Assembly (NCBI GenBank): GCA_964618805.1
Contig: CAZUBM010000003.1
Span: 1 to 64,000, forward strand
Source: an uncultured Nitrososphaerota archaeon
GTDB lineage: Archaea; Korarchaeota; Korarchaeia; Korarchaeales; Korarchaeaceae
Reading direction: 5' to 3'
Length of the DNA: 64,000 nt
Shown: positions 56,241-64,000 of the stretch, piece by piece
Layout of the letters: the number at the start of each line of letters is the position of its first letter
How positions within the stretch are numbered: the first letter of the stretch is position 1
Made by a program: the position numbers and the translations under genes
Notes under the pieces: generated by a model
The model's database searches: none
What the model was told of the DNA's origin: nothing
Seen by the model: only the letters and a program-made list of their open reading frames with translations

Positions 56241-56245
56241 CTTTA

Positions 56246-56956
56246 TCAGCCCCTTGAGATTTCTTCTTTCAGTTTCTTCATTTCTTCTTCTATTTCACTT
56301 TCGAGCCTCGCCTTTTCAAGCTCTCTTTCTATCTCATCCCTCTCCTCAGGTTCAAGTACGTCTAACGTTCCTCCAACAGCTATGAGTTCATCTATGGCCG
56401 CAGATCTTGCCTCTAGATCTCTGATCCTTGAATCTGCTCTATCAACTATCCTCGCAACGTTCACAACCTCATCGCCAAAGCCAGTCAACATCTCCTTAAC
56501 CTCAGCTTGTGCCTTTGCACTCAAATATTCAGCCTTTAGTTGCTCCTTCCTAGCTCTAAACATCTCGACCTTGCTTTCAAGGTCGTCTCTTACTTTCTTA
56601 AGACCTTCCTCTTCTTCCTTCATTTCAGATATTTTCCCTACAAGTCTCTCCTTTTGAAGTAGAAGGATGTGTTTTCTCTCCAGCGCCTTTCTAGCTAGGT
56701 CTTCCCTTCCAATTTTCATCGCTTTTTTGGCGTTCTCATCAAGTCTAGTTATTTTCTCGTCGATCTCTTCTACTTCAAACTCTAGCCTCTTCCTGGCTGT
56801 TATGGCCCTCGCGAGGGCCATATTTACGTTGTGCAGCTGTTGTACCATCTTTCCATATGCATAATCCAGTTGTTCTATGGGATCCTCAAACCTCTCCATT
56901 AGTTTGTTTAATTTGGCCTCTATAGAGACCTTTAACCTCTCCCAGAAACCAGTCAT
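56246..56956 (-). CDS. pspA: PspA/Vipp1 (IM30) family protein
   Basis: EDP.EQL, A..AM..GREDLARKALERK, long coiled coil and EARSAAIDEL...G.L. Confidence 0.93.
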   Translation of the reverse strand: MTGFWERLKVSIEAKLNKLMERFEDPIEQLDYAYGKMVQQLHNVNMALARAITARKRLEFEVEEIDEKITRLDENAKKAMKIGREDLARKALERKHILLLQKERLVGKISEMKEEEEGLKKVRDDLESKVEMFRARKEQLKAEYLSAKAQAEVKEMLTGFGDEVVNVARIVDRADSRIRDLEARSAAIDELIAVGGTLDVLEPEERDEIERELEKARLESEIEEEMKKLKEEISRG

Positions 56957-57080
56957 ATCGATCTGTGCCTTATTTCCCGAAGAACATTAATAAAATTAGG
57001 TGTAATCTAGTTCTAATCTTATAGAGCTTCCTAATCTTTATTTTGAATTTTTGAAGGGTGATGGAAAGAGGTAGAGCTCG

Positions 57081-57413
57081 ATGAATGAATTCATCAGTTT
57101 TGAGGAGTTTAAGAAAATGGATATTAGGATAGGAAAAGTAGTTCATGCTGAAAAAGTTCCTGGAACAGCTCGTCTAATCAGACTTGAAGTCGACTTGGGA
57201 CAGGAGAAGAGGCAGTTAATTGCAGGGATTGGTGAGGAATACCAACCACAAGATCTCTTGAATCTAGAGATAGTTGTGTTGGCGAACCTAAAACCGAAGA
57301 AGATAAGAGGACTTATCTCCGAAGGAATGTTGTTGGCAGCTGTCTTAGAAGGAAATAAGCCAGTCCTCATTGTTCCGGACAAAGAGGTCCCCCCAGGGAC
57401 TCCCGTTAGTTAG
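57081..57413 (+). CDS. Stand-alone tRNA-binding OB-fold protein (MetRS C-terminal/Trbp111-like)
   Basis: F.KMDIRIG, VDLG.E.RQLIAGI and NLKPKKIRG..SEGMLLA. Confidence 0.92.
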   Translation: MNEFISFEEFKKMDIRIGKVVHAEKVPGTARLIRLEVDLGQEKRQLIAGIGEEYQPQDLLNLEIVVLANLKPKKIRGLISEGMLLAAVLEGNKPVLIVPDKEVPPGTPVS

Positions 57414-57425
57414 GGGCTGGTTGCT

Positions 57426-58844
57426 ATGGTTTCAGAGGAAATTAAGGATTTGGTTGAATACGCAGTAAGACGTGCTTTAGGGATGCATGCAGATTATGCA
57501 GAAGCAAGATTTCAGATTAACCGTTCAACTCGGCTTTTTATGATTAATGGGAATATTGAGGCTTTTTCAAGCGTTTCTGTAGCAGGAATCGGTATAAGAG
57601 TCCTTGTTAATGGATCCATGGGTTTTTCATCGACAAACGACCTAAAGCAAGTGGATAAAGCCATTGAAAACGCGATTAGAGGGGCAAAGGCATGTCTGAA
57701 GATCTCTAAGAAAATCAGACTATCTGAGGAGAAATTTAGTGAAGCTTCGTACTCCTCTAAAGTTCTTAAGAAACCAGAGGACATCTCGCTTGAAGAGAAG
57801 ATAGAGTTCCTCAATTCTATAGACGAACTAGCCAAAGAAAAAGGAATAACAACAAGAAATCTATCCCTAAAATACTCAAGAGAGCAGGTCTATTATGTGA
57901 ACTCTGAGGGTTCGCGTGTTGAAGGGGACGTAACGCGTTTAAATGGAGATGCCATGCTAACGCTTGTAATAGGGTCAGAATCTGCTCAAGAATTTGTCGA
58001 AAAGGGCGGAAGTGGGGGTTGGGAGCTTATAGAAGGTTGGAACTTCTTAAAAGAGGCTTCAAGGATAGCTGATGTAATGAAAGAGGGGTTGGAAAAAGGT
58101 ATTCCTCCACCAAAGGGCAAGATGGATCTGGTTTTGGGCCCTCATGTAGTCGGCTTGATGATGCACGAATCGACTGGACATCCATACGAAGCTGACAGGA
58201 TATTAGGAAGAGAAGCTGCTCAAGCTGGAGAATCATTCGTAAAGCCTAACATGCTTGGAAAAAGGATAGGATCAGAGGTAGTAACCGTAGTAGATGATCC
58301 AACTATTGAAGGGAGTAGCGGTTTTTATCTCTATGACATGGAAGGCGTCAAAGCAAGAAGGAGGATCCTCATGAAAAACGGTATAATTAATGAGTTCCTC
58401 CATAATAGAGAGACTGCTGCTATTTTTGGAGTCAAAAGCAATGCCGCTGCCAGAGCTTCTTCTTACGATAGGGAACCCATAATAAGGATGGCCAACACCT
58501 TTATGCTCCCAGGAGAATACTCTCAAGAAGAGCTAATGGAGGATATCAAAGAGGGAGTGTACATCGCTCGATTCACAGAGTGGAACATTGATGATAGGAG
58601 ATACAATCAAAGATATGTCGGCTCCGAGGCATACCTGATAAAGAACGGTAAGTTGGACAGGATGGTCAAGAGACCCATTCTTGAAATTACTACGCCCGCT
58701 TTTTACTCAAGCATAGATGCTGTTGGAAAAGATCTTGAGTTTAATCCTGGATTGTGTGGAAAAAGCGATCCTGGACAGTCCGTACCAGTTTGGTTTGGAG
58801 GACCAAGTGTTAGGTTGAGAGGTGTTAGACTTGGCGGAATCTGA
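57426..58844 (+). CDS. tldD: TldD metalloprotease
   Basis: GIGIRVL, HESTGHPYEAD, YD.EGV, PIIRMANT and CGK..PGQ.VPV..GGP. Confidence 0.93.
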   Translation: MVSEEIKDLVEYAVRRALGMHADYAEARFQINRSTRLFMINGNIEAFSSVSVAGIGIRVLVNGSMGFSSTNDLKQVDKAIENAIRGAKACLKISKKIRLSEEKFSEASYSSKVLKKPEDISLEEKIEFLNSIDELAKEKGITTRNLSLKYSREQVYYVNSEGSRVEGDVTRLNGDAMLTLVIGSESAQEFVEKGGSGGWELIEGWNFLKEASRIADVMKEGLEKGIPPPKGKMDLVLGPHVVGLMMHESTGHPYEADRILGREAAQAGESFVKPNMLGKRIGSEVVTVVDDPTIEGSSGFYLYDMEGVKARRRILMKNGIINEFLHNRETAAIFGVKSNAAARASSYDREPIIRMANTFMLPGEYSQEELMEDIKEGVYIARFTEWNIDDRRYNQRYVGSEAYLIKNGKLDRMVKRPILEITTPAFYSSIDAVGKDLEFNPGLCGKSDPGQSVPVWFGGPSVRLRGVRLGGI

Positions 58845-58860
58845 ATCGTTTGAGGAGGGA

Positions 58861-60192
58861 TTGAGCACAGTACAAAAAATTCTAGATATAGCTCTAAGAA
58901 AAGGGGCCGAGGACGTCGCTGTGATATACGATGAGGAGATAGGAAGGCATTTGAGGTTTTCACAGAGTAAGGCTGATATAGTGAACACTTGGTTATACAA
59001 GAAAGTTGCTGTTTGTATAGGAAAGGAGAAAAGGGTATTGGTTGTAGAAACTGAGGATCTTCGTCCAGAAAACCTCAGAAGGTTTGTTGAGGAGTCCATT
59101 GATGCCATGAAATATCTGCCACCCAGGCCAGTGTACGCACCTATGCCGGAAGGACCTTTTGATTATCCAGTGGTTCCAAGTCTTTACGACGAAAGACTTC
59201 TAACAGCTGAAGATGAACTTGTTGATGCAGCTAAAATAGCTATAGACTCAGCTCTATCAGAAGGGGCTGAGAGAGTTGCTGGAGTTATTAGATCCCGTGC
59301 CGGATATTCCTGTTTGGCTACAACTGGAGGGGTTAATGTTTGTGCTAGAGATAGCCAGATATACTTGGAAGTTAGAGCGTTTGCTGATGAGGAGGCCACT
59401 GGACATGGAGTCACTTGTTCAAGATCTCTGGGAGGGATTGATCCTAAGAGAGCTGGAATAGAGGCAGGAATGGACGCAGTACTTGCAAAGAACTTCACAA
59501 AGGGTGAACCAGGTAGATACGATGTGGTCTTCGGTAGAAGTGCGCTGGGAAACTTAGTAGGCATATTTGGTCACATGGCATCAGCCATGTACGTTCTCAT
59601 GCAAATGTCCCCATATGTAGGAAAGCTGAACCAGAAAATAGCCTCCGAGGAAATTACTCTAATAGATGATCCGTTAAAGCCAGCGGGGTATGGATCTAGG
59701 GCCTATGACGATGAAGGGTTGCCAACAAAGAAAAACACCATCATAGAGAATGGCGTTCTGAAAACCTATCTCCATAACAGGCTAACTGCGAAGGCCTTTA
59801 ACGCTGAATCTACTGCAAATGCTGGTTGGATAATTCCGAAACCATGGTATCTTATCCTTAAGCCCGGAGATGCTGGTGAAGAAGAGCTCATCGAAGAGCT
59901 TAAAGATGGCCTTCTGGTCAAGAACGCTACATATCTGAGGTTTCAGAACTACATGACTGGGGATTTTTCTGCGGTGATAAGGGATGGGGTCTTTAGAGTA
60001 AAGAACGGCGAGATCATAGGAGAAGTAAGAGGTCTACGACTCAGCGACAACCTGCTAAATATGCTTTCAAACGTTTATCAGATCTCGAGAGAAGCTTTGC
60101 CCATATTTCATTGGTGGATGGAGTGGGAAGTTCCTGTAGAGACTCCCCTAATAGCGATTCATAATGTAGGATTCACCTCAGCAACTCTCTGA
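58861..60192 (+). CDS. TldE/PmbA family protein
   Basis: PGRYDVVF, YDDEG.PT, G.LKTYLH, STANAG and TGDFS; no HExxH. Start set at TTG after the GAGGAGG SD. Confidence 0.9.
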   Translation: MSTVQKILDIALRKGAEDVAVIYDEEIGRHLRFSQSKADIVNTWLYKKVAVCIGKEKRVLVVETEDLRPENLRRFVEESIDAMKYLPPRPVYAPMPEGPFDYPVVPSLYDERLLTAEDELVDAAKIAIDSALSEGAERVAGVIRSRAGYSCLATTGGVNVCARDSQIYLEVRAFADEEATGHGVTCSRSLGGIDPKRAGIEAGMDAVLAKNFTKGEPGRYDVVFGRSALGNLVGIFGHMASAMYVLMQMSPYVGKLNQKIASEEITLIDDPLKPAGYGSRAYDDEGLPTKKNTIIENGVLKTYLHNRLTAKAFNAESTANAGWIIPKPWYLILKPGDAGEEELIEELKDGLLVKNATYLRFQNYMTGDFSAVIRDGVFRVKNGEIIGEVRGLRLSDNLLNMLSNVYQISREALPIFHWWMEWEVPVETPLIAIHNVGFTSATL

Positions 60193-61581
60193 GGATATAC
60201 TGCCCTTCTTTTTGACTTCTCCAAATCTAGCGAGAGCCGCTATTGCCCTTGCTCCCCTAGACGGATCGGTATAGTATGGGATGCCAGCATGCTTTAGTCT
60301 CCTTAGCTGTTTAGTTATTTCTTCGGTTGCCTCCATGGAAATTACCACTAACGGCTTTTCTTTAGAAGAAGCAAGCTCTATCATGTAGTCTATTAATCGA
60401 GGTCGGTCTAACAATGGAGGAGACATAAGGGCAATAACCATCACACAATCTATATCCTCAGAGCTCAGCATGGCTTGAGTTGCAATCTTGTATTGATCAG
60501 CAGTGCACGAACCTGTAAGATCTAATGGATTGCTTATAGAATAGAAGGGTGGAAGTTCCCTTTTTAGCCTCTCTTTGAGTTCTTTAGAGATGGATGGAAC
60601 CTCTAGACCATTATCTTCCAGCGAATCCACAGCAACTACACCGTAACCTCCTCCATTTGTGATAATTCCAACCTTCTTACCCTTTGCTGGTGGTTGAGTA
60701 GCTAGACACATGCAAACATCGACAAATTCTTCTAGAGTTTGGGCAACGATAGCTCCGCATTGTTTTAGGGCTGCGTCGTATATCTCCTCATTTCCAGCCA
60801 GGGATCCGGTGTGACTCAAAACTGCCCGAGTTCCAGCTTTTCCACGTCCTCCTTTCATAACTACTACTGGTTTATTTGTAGAGATCTCTCTAGCGACCTC
60901 CATAAAGCGCCTTCCATCCTTTAAGCCCTCCATATAAAGAGCTATTACCTTTGTCTCCTTGTCTTCAGATAAATACTCCAGGAGATCTGCCTCATCCACA
61001 TCAGCAGCATTACCATAGCTTATGAACCTGCTTACCCCAATCTCTTGCTTAGCTAACATGGTCATCAGACCAGCTGCTAAGCTCCCGCTCTGGGAAAGCA
61101 CCGCCACATTTCCCCTTGGAGCCCTTGGCAGCACATCGTCTGGGGTGAAAAGCATATCCACATTTGAAGAGGGGCTATACACTCCCATGCAGTTTGGTCC
61201 CATAATCCTTATTCCCCACTTTCTTGCTTCCTTTACAAGTTCTTCTTCGAGTTCCCTGTTACCTACCTCGCTAAAACCACCTGAAATGATTACCACAGCC
61301 GCTACTCCCTTTTTCCCGCAATCTTCTATGGCTTGAATGGTGTAATGGGCTGGGATCGATATTATTGCAAGATCGACCCTTTCTGGTACGTCCAATATGC
61401 TTGGATACGCCTTAAGTCCCAAAATCTGCGTAGCTTTTGGGTTTACAGGGAAAAGTTTCCCGCTAAACCCAGCTTTTAGCATCTGGGAAACTATAATGTG
61501 ACCTATTTTCCTCGGATTTCTTGAAGCGCCGATCACAGCCACACTCTTAGGCTCAAAGAAAGCTCTTAGTCTAAGGTCCAT
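60178..61581 (-). CDS. acdA: ADP-forming acyl-CoA synthetase alpha subunit (second paralogue)
   Basis: PKSVAVIGAS, GPNCMG, SQSG, SHTGSLAG, TNGGG and NPLDL. Confidence 0.9.
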   Translation of the reverse strand: MDLRLRAFFEPKSVAVIGASRNPRKIGHIIVSQMLKAGFSGKLFPVNPKATQILGLKAYPSILDVPERVDLAIISIPAHYTIQAIEDCGKKGVAAVVIISGGFSEVGNRELEEELVKEARKWGIRIMGPNCMGVYSPSSNVDMLFTPDDVLPRAPRGNVAVLSQSGSLAAGLMTMLAKQEIGVSRFISYGNAADVDEADLLEYLSEDKETKVIALYMEGLKDGRRFMEVAREISTNKPVVVMKGGRGKAGTRAVLSHTGSLAGNEEIYDAALKQCGAIVAQTLEEFVDVCMCLATQPPAKGKKVGIITNGGGYGVVAVDSLEDNGLEVPSISKELKERLKRELPPFYSISNPLDLTGSCTADQYKIATQAMLSSEDIDCVMVIALMSPPLLDRPRLIDYMIELASSKEKPLVVISMEATEEITKQLRRLKHAGIPYYTDPSRGARAIAALARFGEVKKKGSISSESC

Positions 61582-61696
61582 GATTTAATCCCCGTAATTT
61601 GAAAATTATGTAGTTAAAATGATGAACCCTCAACACTTTAACCAGTCCCTGGCTCCATCTAATTTAATATTCCTTAGAGCTAATCTTCAACGGACT

Positions 61697-62158
61697 ATGT
61701 CTTCCTGGGATTATTATAGATGGAAAATTCGGAAGGAAATGGAGAAGATGGTTAGAGAGTTTAGGAAATTATTGGAGGATTTAGATAGAGAGCTCTTCAG
61801 ACCAGCTATAAGGGAAGGAGTAGAGGCTAGGGAGGGGTTTGTTTATCCAGAAGTTGAAGTTTATGAGAGAAATAATACAATAATCGTAGAGGTAGAGTTA
61901 CCTGGAGTTAAAAAGGAGGATTTAGACCTTTTCGTATCGGAAAGAGAGATTGAACTTACCGCTAGGAGAAAGATCATAGAAGAAGTAACCAAGGCTGAGT
62001 ACGTTACTAGAAGGAGATTTAAGAAAGGATATCATCTAAGATTGACGTTACCATCATCAGTTGACGTAGAAAGGGCAAAAGCCAGGCTAGAAGATGGTTT
62101 GCTGAGGATAATCTTACCAAAGAAGGGTAGAAAAGGTATCAAGATAAATGTTGAGTAA
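61697..62158 (+). CDS. Small heat-shock protein (Hsp20)
   Basis: ELPGVKKEDL, LP..VD...AKA...DGLL.I.LPK and C-terminal IxV motif. Confidence 0.92.
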   Translation: MSSWDYYRWKIRKEMEKMVREFRKLLEDLDRELFRPAIREGVEAREGFVYPEVEVYERNNTIIVEVELPGVKKEDLDLFVSEREIELTARRKIIEEVTKAEYVTRRRFKKGYHLRLTLPSSVDVERAKARLEDGLLRIILPKKGRKGIKINVE

Positions 62159-62202
62159 ATGTAATTAACATGGTTACATGCATTAATCATGAGGGAAAAG
62201 GA

Positions 62203-62754
62203 ATGGAAGAAGATCCATTTGATCGATGGATGAGAGAAATGATGAGGTTGTTTAAGAAGGTAGAGGAAGATCTATTGAAAAGCTTAGGGGAGATGGGAAC
62301 ATTTGACTGGAAAGAGCTTGAGGACAAATTTCCAGAATTGGAGACGCCAAGTGGGATGAGGGTTCGAGGACCTTTCATACAGGGCTATTACTTTACAATT
62401 GGACCGGATGGAAAGCCTGTTATCAAGTACTTCGGAAACGTCCCAAGAAGTGGTGAGATAAGGGAAGTTGAGGAAGGAGAGGAGGAAAAGATTCCAATCC
62501 AAATAGAAGAAGGAGGAAGAGAGGTATTAAGAGAGCCTGTCGTAGATGTGCTAGATTTTGGAAACGAGGTCGTAGTAATAGCAGAAATGCCTGGAGTCGA
62601 AGAAAAGGACATCAAGATTAAAATAAAGGATAAGAAACTGCACATAGAGGGAGGACACTATTCTAGAACGATTGAACTCCCAACCAAGGTAGATACATCT
62701 CTAAAGAAGTCATACAAGAACGGAATCTTAGAGATTAGGCTTAAGAAAAAGTGA
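62203..62754 (+). CDS. hsp20: Archaeal Hsp20
   Basis: GPF..GY..TIGPDGKP.I..FGN, REP.VDV, AEMPGV and YKNGILEI. Confidence 0.93.
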   Translation: MEEDPFDRWMREMMRLFKKVEEDLLKSLGEMGTFDWKELEDKFPELETPSGMRVRGPFIQGYYFTIGPDGKPVIKYFGNVPRSGEIREVEEGEEEKIPIQIEEGGREVLREPVVDVLDFGNEVVVIAEMPGVEEKDIKIKIKDKKLHIEGGHYSRTIELPTKVDTSLKKSYKNGILEIRLKKK

Positions 62755-62760
62755 TAGGCT

Positions 62761-63531
62761 TTACATGTGGTATGGGAGGGAAGTTTCCTCTTTTGGGGTT
62801 TCTGCTTCTGCTACCTCTCTTGCAGCGCGTCTGAGCTCCTCCATTAGTTCACGCTCCCTCTCAATCATTTTATCCATTTCTGAGAAGTCAGTTCGTCCTC
62901 CTATTATTTTATCTACGATCATAAGAATGTTCTTCGATGCCCCAGGATCCGGAAAAGATCCTCCCGTTGTTCCAAGCAAACACGCGCTTCTTATTCCGTG
63001 CACATGAGCTATGCCTACTATTATCCCACAGGCTCCTGTGACATATCCTCCCCTTAGCCTCTTAACTCCGTAAGATTCCAGTTCTTTCATTAGGTCCATG
63101 TCGTTTGTACATGCAAAAACGCCCTTTATGTTTGGTGATCCTGGAACATATCCTCCTAGAGCAAGGACTAAGTTAACGTTAAGGGACCCGACGTATTTGA
63201 TGATCTTTTCAGCAACCCTATATTGACCCCAAGGTACTGGTTGTGCTTCTGAAGTCATCAGAAGCACATCTCTCTTTGAACCCTTTCTTCTAAGGTAATA
63301 GAGATCTATAGACGCTAGTTTCAGGTCTTCCTCCTCCACTCTTACACCAGCTGAGCCATCTGGAAGTGGTATCAAGTCACTTACAATCTTTGCAATTAGT
63401 GGCGGGTTATATTGATCTATCAGGTACTGAACTGCGATTTTTCCGACTAATCCCAGTCCTGGCAGCCCTTGTATGAGCACAGGGTTATCAGGTCTGACTT
63501 TCTTATGCTCTATCAGTTCAATCATGGACAA
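62761..63531 (-). CDS. Proteasome assembly chaperone (PAC2/Pba family)
   Basis: GLPGLGLVGKIA, QP, LGG, G..G, CLLG.T and PDP.A. Confidence 0.9.
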   Translation of the reverse strand: MSMIELIEHKKVRPDNPVLIQGLPGLGLVGKIAVQYLIDQYNPPLIAKIVSDLIPLPDGSAGVRVEEEDLKLASIDLYYLRRKGSKRDVLLMTSEAQPVPWGQYRVAEKIIKYVGSLNVNLVLALGGYVPGSPNIKGVFACTNDMDLMKELESYGVKRLRGGYVTGACGIIVGIAHVHGIRSACLLGTTGGSFPDPGASKNILMIVDKIIGGRTDFSEMDKMIERERELMEELRRAAREVAEAETPKEETSLPYHM

Positions 63532-63598
63532 CTGCTCTCAAGCCTTCTGTTCTGAAGTAGGATTTAAAGTGTATTCCTAAAGATAGGCTGGGGTTATC

Positions 63599-64000
63599 AT
63601 GAGAGTAGTTATAATCGGTTATGGAACTGCTGGCCAAACAGCTTCAGCCATAGCGAAGAAACGAGATCCGGAACTTGAGATCGTCGCCATTGAAAGAAGA
63701 CCCTATCCAGCATACCATCCCTGTTCTCTTCCGTACGCATTGAGCGGAAAGATCCCCTTAGAAGATGTTATAGTGAAGAGCAAACCACCTAATATTGAGC
63801 TGATAACAAATGCAATTGCAAAAAGGATAGATCCCTACAAGAAATTGGTAGAGTTTGAGAAGGATGGAAGCAAGGAGCTTCTCGAATACGACTTTTTGGT
63901 AATATCAACTGGTCTAAAACCTACCGTCCCACCTGTTGAGGGATTGGACTTAGAAGGTGTTTCCCTCTTTTGGACGGTTGAGGACGTTGAGCGTCTCAGA
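63599..64000 (+). CDS. FAD-dependent NADH oxidase / CoA-disulfide reductase family, 3'-partial
   Basis: Manual translation MRVVIIGYGTAGQTAS...YHPCSLPY...YDFLVISTG, with GxGxxG and the redox Cys. Confidence 0.9.
   Translation, partial: MRVVIIGYGTAGQTASAIAKKRDPELEIVAIERRPYPAYHPCSLPYALSGKIPLEDVIVKSKPPNIELITNAIAKRIDPYKKLVEFEKDGSKELLEYDFLVISTGLKPTVPPVEGLDLEGVSLFWTVEDVERLR

Noticed and set aside
4931-63007. Numerous 60-150 aa ORFs antisense to or nested in recognised genes
   Set aside because: They are shadow ORFs rich in Ser/Ile/Phe/Pro, as expected opposite purine-rich coding strands.

Overview
This is a 64-kb stretch of an archaeal chromosome. The markers are a HMf-type histone, S25e, egsA, tetraether synthase Tes, RLI/ABCE1, Trm112, DtdA, BHB-intron tRNAs and many TTG starts. 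A thermophilic, peptide-fermenting TACK lineage is plausible, but that is inference. Bases ~1-3200 are the remnant of a virus/plasmid-like element with a RelE toxin, a minimal PolX-like gene and phage-type ORFs, most of them frameshifted. The rest is mostly intact housekeeping genes plus three tRNAs (Asp-GTC, Tyr-GTA with intron, Arg-TCG with intron). The best candidate for a new system is at 43797-46091. There a class-III-signal, pilin/FlaG-like domain is fused to amphipathic repeats, a Gly/Ala hydrophobic segment and a basic PD-(D/E)xK-like C-terminus, followed by a small acidic gene. This reads as a putative pilus-displayed polymorphic toxin/immunity pair. Other highlights are an unassigned ~130-nt rod-shaped ncRNA with its own promoter (13452-13579, minus), a box C/D sRNA whose guide is complementary to the 16S anti-SD tail (25006-25064), an orphan cas6, a probable ATA start for RLI, and a methanogen-type SerRS. 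All calls are by eye from motifs; no database searches or folding programs were run.
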